This document shows, one piece after another, positions 27,514 through 40,852 of a stretch of 64,000 nt of DNA (its first letter is position 1; each line of letters starts with the position of its first letter). The DNA is from Eledone cirrhosa (taxonomy: Eukaryota): assembly GCA_964016885.1 (NCBI GenBank), contig OZ024743.1, positions 22,134,001-22,198,000 on the forward strand. The letters are read 5' to 3'. The position numbers and the translations under genes were made by a program. A model generated the notes under the pieces. It had not been told where the DNA came from. It did no database searches and saw only the letters and a list, made by a program, of their open reading frames with translations.

Positions 27514-28934
27514 TATATATATATATATAAAGACAAAGAATTGGCAGTATCGGTAAAGTGTCGAACAAAATGCTTTGCGGTAGTTACGACTTTCTATGTT
27601 TTGAGGACAAATACCGCCGTGGCCAACTTTGTATTTCATCCTTCTGGGGTCTATAAGTGATTAAGTATCACTAAAGTGCTGCGGTCGAAATAGTCGACGT
27701 TTCCCTTCCTCAAAGTGCTGGCCTTGTGCCAATGCTTGAGAACAATTACCGTATATGCCAGCGTACAATTCATTCCGGCGCAAAGGTCAACCCTTAAAAT
27801 TCTGAGATGTAATTCAGGTTTAGCCCTATATTCGCCGGATAAGACCCCCCCCCCCCCCCCCCCAAAAAAAAAAAAAAAAAAAAAAACTAGGCAGTACCAT
27901 CTTCCCAGCCGTGGATGCGCGTGTCATTCTTTATTTGCAGAAAATATAAAACATGGAAAATACACACTAAGTAAACCAGCCTAGCCTAACTTTAACGAAC
28001 CTATGGTGACCTACCCTATGAGCTATGGAAAGTCATTGATATTATCATAATCTCTACTTTAAATAGACTTAACAAATATGAGATTCAGTAGGAAATAATT
28101 GTGGTAGGCTGCTAGAGTTATGGTAAGTGATGTACAACCAGTGTTAGGCAAGCAGTTTCACTGTTTACCCCTACGTGGTAATTAATGGTTCACATTTTAT
28201 ATTTGGTGGACAAATCGACACCTGATTTTGGAGAGATATTTTTAGGCTAAAATTGTCGACATTTACTCCGTCATATACCTTATTTCATACTACACAGACA
28301 ATTATTTTTGAAAGGTGTGTTAGTGTGAAAGTAGTATACAAAATAATTTTCAATTATAATTAGGAGTTTCTGGTGTGTTCTCACATTTTTGTTCCCCAGG
28401 CGCTAGATTACGTGATTCCATACGTGTGTACTTATATTGACTTATATTTTTGCTACACACATATACACATTATTTATCCCTATTCCCAGCTGCCATAAAT
28501 TTAATTGACGTCATAATATTATGAATCTGTAGTATTAAAACCACTGTTTATTTTTACGAGTAGAGTTGGAACGGACTGAGCTTATAAGTTATCGAATTAC
28601 TGACTGAAGAAGCTTGATAATATATTCCTTTACAAACGTTGTTACGTTGTTTCCATATGCAAGACAATTAATTAACTCAAGCTGTTAACAACAAACTCGT
28701 TGCAAATATCAGTATAAGTTAGATACAGATTATTACCGCCATTAACAGGGGCGACTGTTTATAATTAAGTAGTGTTTCGTTTGTATCTAGTGTTCAAGTC
28801 TTCAAAAAGGCCAGCGTTGCCATTTTGAGTTCAAATTGTGGCAACCTCACCTCCATGTGGTGGTCCTTTGGAAAGCATTTGTTATAATGGTTGCTAAAGA
28901 GGCTCTGTGTATGAAAAAATATGTTGATATATGA

Positions 28935-29105
28935 TAATTGTTTCTACTTTTTGGCACAAGGCCAGCAATTATTCCAGTGCATTACTGGTACTTTATTTTA
29001 TCGACCCCGTAAGGATGAAAGGCAAAGTCAAACACGGCGGGATTTGAACTCAGATCGTAAAGGGACGTAACTATGCTGGAAAGCATGGCATCCGACCCTC
29101 TACGA
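28935..29105 (-). mobile_element. tRNA-derived SINE (Octopus OK-like)
   Basis: Shares ctgagttcaaatcccgcc..tttgcctttcatccttacggggtcgataaaataaagtaccagt with about ten other copies in the window. Confidence 0.75.
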
Positions 29106-29299
29106 TGTACATACACACATACTTACATACATGCATAAATACAGGCACATGCACTCACACACACACACACAAATATATATACAGGGGCGGTGGAACTGGA
29201 TGGAGGAGGGGGGGGGGCATGCCTTCCCTCCACCTAATAATTATATTTTTCTCCCCAAACTACCAAAACACATCTATTTGTATGTGCATGTTATGTAGG

Positions 29300-29460
29300 G
29301 ACAGATGGGTGAGATAGATATAGATATAGAGAGGGGGTGAGTTTGATGAGATATAGATATAGAGCGGGGGGTAAGATAGATATAGATATATAGAGGGGGG
29401 AGTTTGGTGTTAATTGATATAGAGAGGAAGGTTGGGAGTGTGTGTTGTATATTAGATATA
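29300..29460. repeat. Degenerate GA-rich minisatellite (gatatagagagggg...), left part; continues at 35210-35690
   Basis: Same repeat style on both sides of the L1 insertion. Confidence 0.7.
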
Positions 29461-29689
29461 AATTTCTATTTATTTGCCACCAGGGCATCAAAGATTGGGA
29501 CAAATACAAAGGGGGGAGTTTACATACATTTAAAAAGACGTGTAAAAAACATATAACAAATAAAATGTCCTCAATAGGGAGGGGCGTTGACATGGGTCGC
29601 ACACACCACCGAAAAAATGTGCAACCCTCCTCTTCAGGAGCACAAAGAGCGGGTGCTTCCTTCCTCTTCTCATTCTTCTCCTCTCTCAC

Positions 29690-32600
29690 CTACAGGCTGA
29701 TATAGAGAGAAGGCCCATTCACTCGGCCCATTCTCGCTACTTTCACCCACCTTTCATAAAACTTGCTGGGGTAGAGCACCTCTCTCTCCATTCTGATCCT
29801 TCTTCTAAAGTGGTACTTGAAAAAAAAGACCAGTTGTTGGCCGGAGAGATAGGTGTCTGACCTCAGCCCTTTCAACCTTGTCCACTAGACAACTTCTTTC
29901 ACCCTAGCTATCACACAGAGGAAAACCGCCTCTCCTTCGTTTTTGAAAGGGGAAGGCGGTTTGATCGTGACAATGTTCTCGTTGGTCAACCGGATTGGTC
30001 CCACCCGCGACAGTAGTCGTTCCACATAGCCCCACAGGTCAGCAACGCCCGGGCAGTGTACGAATGCGTGTGCGACGGTTTCCTCGTCACGCACGCATCT
30101 CGGACAGATCTTCTTCGAGGGGTCCCTACCCGGGCGCCCGTGTCTGTAGAGCTTGTCCCGAACGGGTAGAGCTCCTCGGTAACATTGCCAAGCCAGGGAC
30201 TTTTGGAAGTTGTCCATCGGTCCCGGGCCAAACGTCCTACCGAACAGACTGGCCAGCTCATCTTCCTCTATGCCCAGAGCCTCTCCGAGAGCGTCGTCGC
30301 ACTTACTGCGCACCAACCCTCTATAGAATGTTGAGGTTGAGTCTCCACTAATTGCCGGATCCGCTTGCCAGAGGGCCGTGAGCGCCTGGGCACATTCAAT
30401 GTACAAGTCGCTCACTTTTCTCGGTCTTTGCTTGACCCAGGATTGCAGTTCGGTGAGTGAGACGAGTCTCGGAAAGGCTCGCCTCACAGATAGGGCCCAC
30501 ACCGGCTGACCGGTGAGGAATACCTGGAGGTGCCGTAGCCTTAATGCGTGTCTACGCATCGTCAGCCACGGCATCCCCAGCCCTCCGTTCGAAGGGTGTT
30601 GACAGCAGATGGATCTTCTCACCAAAGGAGCCCGCTTCTTCCAAAGAAATCGGAAGAGCGCGCGCTCCATTTTGGCGAGTGTTTTCTCTGGGCAAGGCAC
30701 GACAGTCAAGCGGTAGTAGATGACGGACGCTATATAAGCGTTCGCCACCTCCGCTCGACCTTTCAGGGATAGTTTGCACTTGGCCCACTTCTGGGCGAGT
30801 GCAAACACCTTGCCCGTTACCTCGTCCCAGCTTTTCTCCACCTGGAGGTCCGGTCCGAACCAAACCCCGAGCAGCTTCACCGGTCCCTCCGTCCAGCGTC
30901 CGACGATGCCGTCGGAGGGCATCGGTTTGCCCCTCCACGTCCCGAGTTGCAAATCGACGGACTTGTCCCGCTTCAGCTTGGCTCCTGTGAACCTTTCATA
31001 TTCCTCCAGTAAGGTGCCGATCTGCCCGATTTCCGAGGCGCACGACACCATTACTGTCACGTCATCGGCGTAGGCCGACACCGCTTTCCGCAATCCCGGT
31101 TCGAAGGGGATGCCCTGCAACAGCTTCAGCTTCCGCAGTAGTGGCTCGAGAGCCAGCACATACAGGAGGGAGGAGAGAGGGCATCCCTGTCGGATGGATC
31201 GCGTGATTTGGAACGGCTCCGAGAGGTAGCCGTTCACCTTGACCCTCGAGTAGGTGTTGCTGCTGTGCATTGCAGCAATCCAGCCCCTGAAAACGGGTCC
31301 GAAGCCTGCCGTCGCGAGCACCGCATCCAGGTACCGATGGTCAACCCTATCGAACGCCTTAGATTGATCCAAGTTGATCAGGGCCCCACCAAAGCCGGGT
31401 TCGTTCCCTACCCTCTCTACGATGTATCGCATGAGGTGGAGGTTGTCGTGTATGGACCTGGACGGGATTGCGCATGTCTGCGCTTCTCCCACCAGGTTCC
31501 CGACGACAAGCGCCAACCTCTTCGTTAACACCTTGGCCAAAATCTTTAACTCTGTGTTTAGCAGAGTTATGGGCCTGAAGTTATCTATGTCATCCCTCTT
31601 GTTCTCGTCCTTCCTCACCAGCGTGACTACGCCCTTGGTCACAGAACTGGGAATTCTCCCGTTCTGTTGCCAGTTGCAGTAGACCGCCTCGAGGAGACCG
31701 GAGAACAAGCCCGGCATCGCTACATAAAGTTCGTATGGTAGACCATCGAGACCCGGAGATTTGCGTTTGCCGCATTGGCTCAGCGCTTCCCCTATTTCAG
31801 CGGCTGAAATCGGCCTCTCGCAGGACTTCGCCTCCCCGTCCGAGAGCCGCGCCAGACCGTCGAGGTATGGTCCGAAATCCATGGCCCCACCCGGCCCGCC
31901 GCCCCTCCCGAACAGTCGTGCAAAGCGCCGTTGAAAGGCCGCGCTCATCCATTCAGGTTCAAGGATCACGCGTCCATCCTGGTATCTCAAAGACCGAATC
32001 GTGGACTTGTTTCCACTTTTTGCCTCTGTCACTCGGGCCCAGTTAACAGCTTTGGCTCCCTCGTTACCCAGAGCACGTATTTTACTCCTGACAACGCAGC
32101 CCTCGTGCTTCGCATCAAAGAACTGGTCTAGGGCCGTTCTTGACGCCAGCACGCCGGCCACGTTGCCACTCCTAATCGCCTCTTCTACTCTATTTATTTA
32201 TTCCCTTTCAGGCCTATTCCTATCTGATGCTAATTCCCGACTAAAACATATCGATTCTATTCTAATTTCTCTCTTGAGAGAGCCCCACCACCTGCTGTTG
32301 ACAATTGCCCCCGTCAAACGCTGCTTAACTAGTGTGCTAATCCGTTTTCTGTAAGCTTTGTTTGTCGGTAAAGACAAGTTTAGCTTCCAGTAACCGGGTC
32401 CCTGTCTATGAGTTCTATCAAGGTTGACCACTCCGGTCACCAACTTGTGATCCGAATAGTCAACCATGAACATTTGTGGACAGCTTAATATGTCTCTATC
32501 CTTATTTCTAACTAGGAATCTATCTAGATACGACCTAGATGTTCCGCTATGATTAGTCCACGTCCACAGTGGCACAGTCGAAAAATCTAGTCGATATCTA

Positions 32601-33129
32601 TCGGCCAGATCAAATCGGCCGATTAATCGTTTGAGGCTGTTACACCCCCTCTATCGGGACATGCGCCTACATAGTCCCAACGTGCATCCAGGATACCATT
32701 CCAGTCCCCGACTAAAAGCAAGGAGCGAGACGTTCCCAGGAAATTCTCCAGGCGTCGGAAGAAGTCCGGTCGCGGTGTCCCAGATGGGGCATACGCTGCC
32801 ACCAGCCTGAAAGCTCCACCTTCACCACTGCCGACGTCTAAAACCACCAGTCGACCCTCCGGGTCCAGGTGTACCTTCTGTGTGGCAAGACCCAGGTATT
32901 TTCGAAGCAGAACGACAACCCCACCTCACCCCTCGGTCGGCTGACAGAGAGATGCGTAGATCTCAAAGTCGTCGAAGATGGGGGCCAGTTGGCGCTCGCT
33001 GCTGATCCTGGACTCGTAAAAAACCATTACATCCACTCTGTGCTACCTGAGGTCATTTAAGAGTTTGCCCTGTTTCCAGGACATCCCCAGGCCGCGTGCA
33101 TTCACACATCCAACTCTTATATTGGCCAT
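29690..33129 (-). pseudogene. L1/Tx1 ORF2: AP endonuclease, reverse transcriptase, C-terminal zinc finger
   Basis: MANIRVGCVNARGL, LLVGDWN, SYLDRFLV, SDHKLV, KSPGLDGLP, FRPITLLN, LDQSKAFDRV, RQGCPLS, AYADDV, CPRC..ETVAHAFVHC; a few frameshifts and stops; 758-aa intact block. Confidence 0.95.
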
Positions 33130-33170
33130 GTTGGTGCTGAAGAGTTAAAAGGAAGAGGAAAGGAAATTAC

Positions 33171-33905
33171 TTACCTCTTCGACTCCTGGGGAGCAGGCTG
33201 CACAATTTCCATGGGGGTGTTGGAAGGGTTGTTTTGTGGGGTGATGGTTTGTGGTGGGGTGAGGACATCACTGTGTGGTGGGATTAGTGTGTTTGGTGGG
33301 GTGTGGGTGTCTGGTTTGGGGTGGGGAAACATCTCAATAGGACGCTGTTAAGTGGTTTGGTGCAGGTGGTCCCCACATGCATTGGATGGTTCTTTTTCAA
33401 AGTTACATATGTTTCCGTTGGGACCCTAATCATCATTAGGTGCGGTTTGTTCGCTGCGTAGGTGAAAGTGATCCCTTCGGTTTCCACCGAAGGGTTATTT
33501 TCTATTGCTTTCAATAAAGTTTTATTGTTCTTGTTAATGTATGTATAGAGTTTTTGTTGTGTTGTGTTTGTTTTTGTTTGTTGTTCTTGTGCGTGTTTGC
33601 GTTTTGTAGTATGTGTTATGTTTTGGGGAGGGGTGAGTTTTTTTGTTTGTGATGTTTGTTCTGTTTGTGCTGGTGGTTGTGTGTTTGTGGCATCTTTGTT
33701 AATGTGGTGCCTTTTTTTTCCTTTTCACCTGTTGAAAGGGTTCTCCCTCGTCGTCACTGGGTGACGTTGATACGGAGTCCTCTTCCGTGTTGTTGGGGAG
33801 GGGTATATTTTGGGGTTTTGTTGTGGTTGCTTTTGTATTTGTTTTAGGTGGGGAGGGGTTGGGTAGAACAGTGTTTTGTGTTGTTATTTTTCCGTGTTGT
33901 TGAGG

Positions 33906-33936
<31 letters not shown>

Positions 33937-35014
33937 GGTGGTGGTGGTGGTGGTGGTGGTGGTGGTGGTGGTGGTTGTGTTGTTGTGTTCGGGGTTGGCA
34001 GAAGAGCATTTTTTTTTACTCGTTAATTGAGGACAGGCAGCCCTCAGGTGACCCCTGCTTAAGCAGTGGTAACATGACGGCCGCCTTCCCTCCACTGAAA
34101 TGTTTATATAAGTTAGCCCGTCTAGAGGCACACGTTGTGGGATATTCGCTATTCGTTCTCTGGCTCATTTGCACCAGAACTTCTACGCTGGTCCCACCAA
34201 ATACACCTCCGGAGGACTTTCCTATTGAAATTATCCTGTCTTCATCCAAGTCAATGATTCCACATAGTATCCACCAAATATTTACATTTGGTGTGATACT
34301 CATGATTTTTATTCTTTGTGTCCTTTTTCCCCTGTATGTGGGGAAAAATGTGAAGCGGGGGGACACAATGGGTGATACCGAGTATTTTTGTGCTGTTGAC
34401 TGGTTATTCATTAGCACCGAAATGCTACCAAACAGTTTTCCTTTTTGTATGAAGGTTATGTCCTTCATTGCATCTTTTAGAACCAGCTCAATTTCATTTT
34501 GTGATAATTGAGCTGGTTTTCTTGTTTCGTTCGATATTGTCCTGAAAACCACAGTTTTCAGGACAGCCTCTCTACGTAATTCCTGTGGAGAATTGATGCT
34601 AAAAGCACCGTTTTCGCCAAAAGTCACAAATTGTTTTGCGTCTTGTAGTAGTTGTTTAGCATTTGTTATGTCAATTGGCGTGTATAGTTCGTTTTTTTTT
34701 ACAGTCTGTGCGAACGTTATTTTGGTGTTGTTGTCTTTTTTGTTGCTGTTGTTGTTGTCGCTGTTGGTAATATTGTTCATGTTTTCCTTGGTGTTGCTAT
34801 TGTTGCAGTTGTTGGTTGTGGTGTTATTGACATTGTTCTTGTTGTTGGTGCTGGTATTATTTACCGGGTTTGGTTTCGTGGTTTCAATATTTTCAACGTT
34901 TTTCGATAATGCGAGGGGGGAAGGTTTCAAGCTTTGTACTCCTACCTTCCCTCCACCACTTTTCTTAGTGAACGTGGCACTCACGACAGTGTGCGAGGTT
35001 GAAATGGCATCCAT
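33171..35014 (-). pseudogene. L1/Tx1 ORF1 (gag-like, CCHC zinc knuckle), frameshifted
   Basis: MDAIS.. start, TFAQTVK, RRM-like middle, CYHCLSRGHLRAACP, T/P-rich tail. Confidence 0.8.
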
Positions 35015-37246
35015 TACTGACTACCAATTCTACACAGTTTTGAGATGAAAATGAAAATTTCGCCCCAGAAAGGGGCGAAAATTAGTTGACTCAACGTCTA
35101 CGGCCCAGGCAAGGGGTTAAACTAAACAATGTTATTAAATTGAGCAATGAACTCACAGTTTTTTTGACAATAATCCGTAAAAGTCCGGAGCGAAGTAATT
35201 CACGTCTATATCAAGTGGTAATTGATATAGAAAGTGGGTCTGGAAGAGAGTTCCATGTAGTACTTATAGAGAGGGGAAGAGTTTGGTGCTAATTGAAAAA
35301 GAGAGGGAGATTGGAAGAGAGTTCCGTATAGTAGATATGGAGAGGGGGAGAGTTTGGTAATTGTGGATAGAGTGAGAGAGGATGAGAGAGAGTGTTGTAT
35401 GGTAGATATAGAGAAGGGGTTGGGAGAGTGTGTTGTATATTTGATATATCGAGAGGGGGATTGGAAGAGAGTTCTGTGTAGTAGATATAGAGAGGGTGAG
35501 AGTTTGGGGGTGATTGATATACAGAGGGGGTTGGGAGAGATAAGTGTAGATATTTATAGAGAGTGAGAGAGTGTATTATTATTAGATATAGAGAGTGGGA
35601 TAAGAGAGGCGGTGTCGTGGTAGATATAAAGAGGGGTAGAGTTTGGTTTTAGTAGATACAGAGAGGGGGATTAAAAGAGAGTATTGTGTGGGATTGGTGG
35701 CAATAATGGAGGTATGCTTGGCAACGTTCGTAAATATGGGATTTCTTGTAATGTTCTTCTTTTGTAAAATAAAATTATTAGATTCTCCAGCTGCTGTATC
35801 AATTTGAATCAATAAAATTTCGCCGGAGATAGAACAGCAAAATGTAATAAGCGGCTGGAATGAAAACCGGAGGCGGGGTGGTTGATAAATTATTAAGCGG
35901 GGGTGGGGACGATTATTCAAGACCTGAGAGTGCGTAAATTATTGACAGACGTAAGAAGGAAAATTCTATACTGAAGTAGAGCTTAAATATTTATTTATTA
36001 TTGCTAAGCCTTGTTACTCTGGAGTCTCACCTGCCTACTCACCAGATAAGACTGGTGATCCTGTGAGTGAGAGGGTGAAATTTTAGAACAAAAAATCTCA
36101 CCAATAGCCATAATAAATGAATGTATATATATATATATATATGAGATGAATAAGTTGGGTATGATACCAGTTTCTTACCAAATGCGAAGAAGCTCGATAT
36201 TTTACCCCTTAGGGCACAGAGTATAATTTTTTTAAATTATATATATAGTAGCAGTGGAACTGGGGGGGGGGGGGGGGCATTCCCACCGCCAATTATTATA
36301 TTTTCTCTCCAAACTACCAAAACGCATACCTATTTGGATATTTGCTACAAATCGGCCAGGATTCAACAGACCTATGATCAAAACTATTCCAGATATGATC
36401 AGATATATTTGATTGCTATTTTAACAGTCTCCAAACATTTTGTCACTGAAAACAGCTTTCGTTTTTCTGAAAAACCTTGCTCTGCCTGTCTTGATGCGTA
36501 ACTATGGTCTGACGTAGTCATGACTAGAATAACTTCGATCTTAACTCTGTTTAATCAGTGCCGATTGCCGATTAGAAAATAATCTATAGCTTCCTCAACA
36601 ACAGCAAAAGGAAACCTCTACACGATTGCTAAAACTGCTAAACATAGAAACCCAAATTTCCTTCAAATTGCTCTCAATCGTGTTAAGAAATGAGACAGAA
36701 AATGTAGTTCTATGTATCACCATACGACGGGGTAGTCACGGCTAGAATGCCTTTGATTATGAGCATGCCGAATTAGAGCCAACATAGAGTTTAACAACGA
36801 CAAATCGGAATACGGTAGACAATCTTGCTTCAGTAACGCAATCAGTTTTATTGATAAAATGTTGCTGTTGTTAAAACATGGGATTAGGGTATTAATGGAT
36901 GGGGGAAGCATAGAGTACTTACCAATGTCAGATTTAGGGTTGCAGCTGTCAGACCATAACATAAATTCCACCACCGCCTCCAAATTGCATTACATAAACA
37001 AAAGGCCTTGCATGTAGGGTAAGAGTGCAGTAAATTATATTGTCCCTAGCAGATGGCTTTATTTTATCAACTTTGGAATAATAAAAATAATCGTAGACCT
37101 CGGCTAGATTTGAACTTAAAGAGCGGAGACAAATACCACAATTAATTTTACCTGATGCTTTTACCATTCTGCAATTCCACAGTCCTACTAAGAACACTAT
37201 TACTAATAATAAAATATTACTCTTTATATTATTATAGTAGTGAAAA

Positions 37247-37460
37247 GTGTGGTGGAAAGAGTCGTATGAGCGTCGGACAAAATGTTTTTTTTTTAGTATT
37301 TAGTTATAGCCTTTGATGTTCTGAATTCAAATTCAGCCGAGGTAAAATGTGCTCTTCATCCTTCCAAGATTGATAAATAAAATAAAGTATCATTCATTTA
37401 CTGGAGTCGATATAATCAACTTCTCCACCCCAAATTATTGTTGTGCCTAAATTAGAAACT
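37247..37460 (+). mobile_element. OK-like SINE with target-site duplication
   Basis: TSD tattatagtagtgaaaa at 37230-37246 and 37460-37476. Confidence 0.7.
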
Positions 37461-37879
37461 ATTATAGTAGTGAAAAAGTTAATGACAAATTTAAAAATGG
37501 GCAGCTGGCATCTATCATGTGAATTAAGCATAATGGTTCGCTTTGTAATGAGTCAGTAATATAACAGTCACTGCCAGTAGAGATATCCGAGGGGCTGTAG
37601 CATTGCTAGATAATTACATTACCAAGTAGCCAGAAACGAAAATTGTGCTATTAAACATATATATTTTTCTCTAAAATGGCTGACTGAATACACACGTGCT
37701 TTTTCTCAAAATGTTCTTTCATTTCTTCCGCTTCTCACTCTCTATTTCATTTTTTATTTCTCATTTATCTTTACGTTCAATACGTAAATACGTTTCCTAC
37801 TATATCAAGCGTTAAACAAATATATTTCTTCATTGTACTGAGCTGTTTGCTTTTTTATTTCTGTTTTTTTTCAAGAGAG

Positions 37880-39118
37880 ATCTTATTTTCGATGAAGACA
37901 TATTGCTAAGCGCACTGCAGTCTTTAATTTCCAGAAGCGCAAAAAATTCGTCCACAGTATTTTTGTATTTCTCGCTATTAGAACAAGCTACTTGTTAATA
38001 GAAATGTCCGTTGTTTCATCTAAAATAAGGGAGAACTTTGCTAAATTTAGCTTGGACAATAAATCATTGAGAGCGCAGGAACCGATCACATTTGAAAAAA
38101 CGCAAGTTCCTTTAGTTCTTGTGCATTTGATGTCTTTGGAGATTTTTGAATCAGAACATACGTTGGCACTAATGCAATGATCCAAAATAGCAATAGGTAG
38201 GTTGTGCTCAGCAATAAATCCACACAGTTTCAGCTCAGTTGATGCTATTTTCGTTAAGTGAACAGAACATTGAGCAGGCTTTATGAAATCTGTCACCTTC
38301 ACTGTTTCGCTATTTTCGCATTCTTTTTGTGTTTTTCTCTTTCTTCATGCCATACTATTTGACTGACTTAAGCTACCAGTTATCTCACAATTGCACAATT
38401 TACAGTACCCTTCCCTTGTGTTCTTTATACTCAATTCCAACCACGATGAAAATTTCTCGTTTAATAATTTTGACGGAACTTTTCTTTCATAGAAAGTAGA
38501 TTTCAGTTTTTTCTTCTGGGGGGTGTCATTTTCCTCACTATCAGAATGATATTCTAACTCACTTTTTCCCACTCATGATGAGTCCAAAATGTTTCTCAAA
38601 AAAGCAAAACATTTCAGATATTGAGAGATGACTCTACCAAAGCACATTACACACTGTGACACAACCACTTAAACTGAAATGATATGGTTGTGTTCCAAGA
38701 ATTCACCTTAATCTATTCACATTTAGATGTCCTTGCGTATTGTCAGTGGAAACTATTCATGTAAAGCGTCCACTGGTCGATTGTGAGTGAATAATGTGTT
38801 ATTATTGGCTACCAGGACAATACAGAAGATGGCTAGCTAACGATTTGAAATACTACGCAGAAGAGTTATTGACGTCACGTGATATCTGACAAGTAAATAT
38901 ATTTGATGGATAGCTTCTCGGCATAAAGGTCGTTATAATTGATGAATAGTGAATCATTAACAGGTGATTTTAGAAAAGCAATTAAACAAAATTCTCAAAG
39001 CAAGTACAATCTCTAAAACGTACCAAAAATTCAGGACGTGGTACCAAACATACAGAAAAGTCAAATTAAGGGCACATAGTACCGAATTTGTACAAACGCA
39101 CCAACTTCAGCAACATTG
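37880..39118 (-). mobile_element. hAT-superfamily DNA transposon 5' fragment (BED finger plus first catalytic Asp region)
   Basis: WLELS..GYCKLCNCEI, ELKLCGFIAEHNLP, KCTRTKGT, FSLILDETTDIS; TIR-like caatgttgct at 39118. Confidence 0.8.
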
Positions 39119-39197
39119 CTTTTAAATTCACGAGAAGCTCCAGAGTAACAGGACTCAAACGTGGCTTTAATTAAGTATGTATGTATGTATGTATGTA

Positions 39198-40750
39198 TGT
39201 CAAAGGGCAAAGGAGCTCTTAAGAGTCAATGGCCATCCAAAATCACCGGGAGAGATGACCCTTAGCCTTTGTCAAGGCAGAATTCTAGGAGAAGGAAAAC
39301 TCTGATATAACACCTGCAACTCTGATGGTATCCAATGATGTTGACTTGTTCTTCTTTTTGGTAAATATCATTTTGGTTAAGAGAGTGGGACTGGCTTTGT
39401 GCAGTGCCTTTGCTCACTGTAAAAGCTTCACGGCACAGGCATTGCTTTATATCTGGAGATCTCTCTGCACTTGTCGTCACATGGTACCATGGGCCCAGCA
39501 CTCTGTGTCAATAGTTGTCACAAGTGTAGTGTTTGTACCAGAGTTTTAAAGTCGCTGGCTGGACTAAAATGTCACACTCGTTCAGTGCATCAGTAGGGGT
39601 TCTCCTACATGGATATAAAGTAGTGGCCGTACTCGAAAACGAGTTGGCAGCCACCATGTATGTATGTATGTATGTATGTATGTATGTATGTATGTATGTA
39701 TGTATGTATGTATGTATACTGAGTAACATGTTACCAGTGCTACTGGTAAAATGTAACCCAATATAACCAGTCGCATGGTCGGGTCGTCGGCGACTAAACC
39801 GGCAATCCCACCAAGTTTACTTGGTGAGGTGGGTGATTTTGGACACCCTGCAGGACAAAAAACAAAACCTGACAAAGGGCGAAAGATCTCATAAGAGTCA
39901 ACGGCCATCCAAAAATGTGTAAATATGTATATACATGTGTATGTGTTCATGTGTGTGTATATGCGCGGAGACATAGAAATATTTGGGCTGGATACCCGAT
40001 CGCGCGATCAAACCATTGGGAGTGAAGGACCCCTAGTCGTTGTCAGGGCATTCTTCTAGGATAAGGCAACTCAGGAAATTGGGATAACTCCTATATAAAA
40101 CCTGCAGCTCAGCAGTTACCGATGATGTTGATCTTTTCTTTTCGGGTTATAGCTACTGTCGCTCGGAGAGTGGGATTGGCTCAGTGCACAGTCTTTCCTC
40201 ACTTAAAAAAAAATCGTCACGCACAGGCATTGCACGATAGCTTTAATTAATAATTATTAATAATGTTATATCGTACAATGGCCATACTCGATAACGATGG
40301 GGAAGCCATCATGTATGTATGTTTGTATGTATGTATGTCAGGTCGCTCTCGAGTGCTACTGGTAACATATAACCCAGTACAACTTGTCTCATGGTCGGGG
40401 CGTCGGCGACTAGACCGGCAACCCCACCAAGTTTGCTTGGTGAGGAGGGTGATATTTGGACACCCTGCGGGATGAAATACAAGACCCGTCAAACGGCGGA
40501 GGAACTCAGAAGAGTCAACGGCCATCCAAATAGTACTTTTTTTTCACCTGGGATTGAAAGTGCCCCAGTTGTTGTCACAACACCTTTCTAAGAGAGGGAA
40601 ACTCTGAAAAAAACCTGCGGCTTCGGAAGCATCTGATGATGTTGACCAGTTCTCCTTTTCGGGTAGTGTTTTCGATGCTCAAAGAGTGGGATTGGTCGAG
40701 TGCAAGGTCTTTCAACATTTAAAAAAACCTTCAAAGCACAGGCATTGCTT
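39198..40750 (+). mobile_element. Head-to-tail cluster of partial copies of non-coding repeat family A with (TATG)n tails
   Basis: 39198-39657 matches 58618-59040; 39735-39912 and 40337-40530 match the 5' part of the complete minus-strand copy at 59593-60198. Confidence 0.8.
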
Positions 40751-40852
40751 GTTCAGGATATGTTACAGATTCGTGTGACTGACTGTAGCCTACAGGTGCA
40801 CCATTTTCTGTAATCTGACAAGCGATTGCAATACTATTAGCAGAGTTTGCAG

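Larger units (their letters stand above)
29461..35207 (-). mobile_element. Near full-length L1/Tx1-clade LINE
   Basis: 5' end agacgtg, ORF1 with zinc knuckle, ORF2 APE-RT-CCHC, short 3' UTR with AATAAA. Confidence 0.92.
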
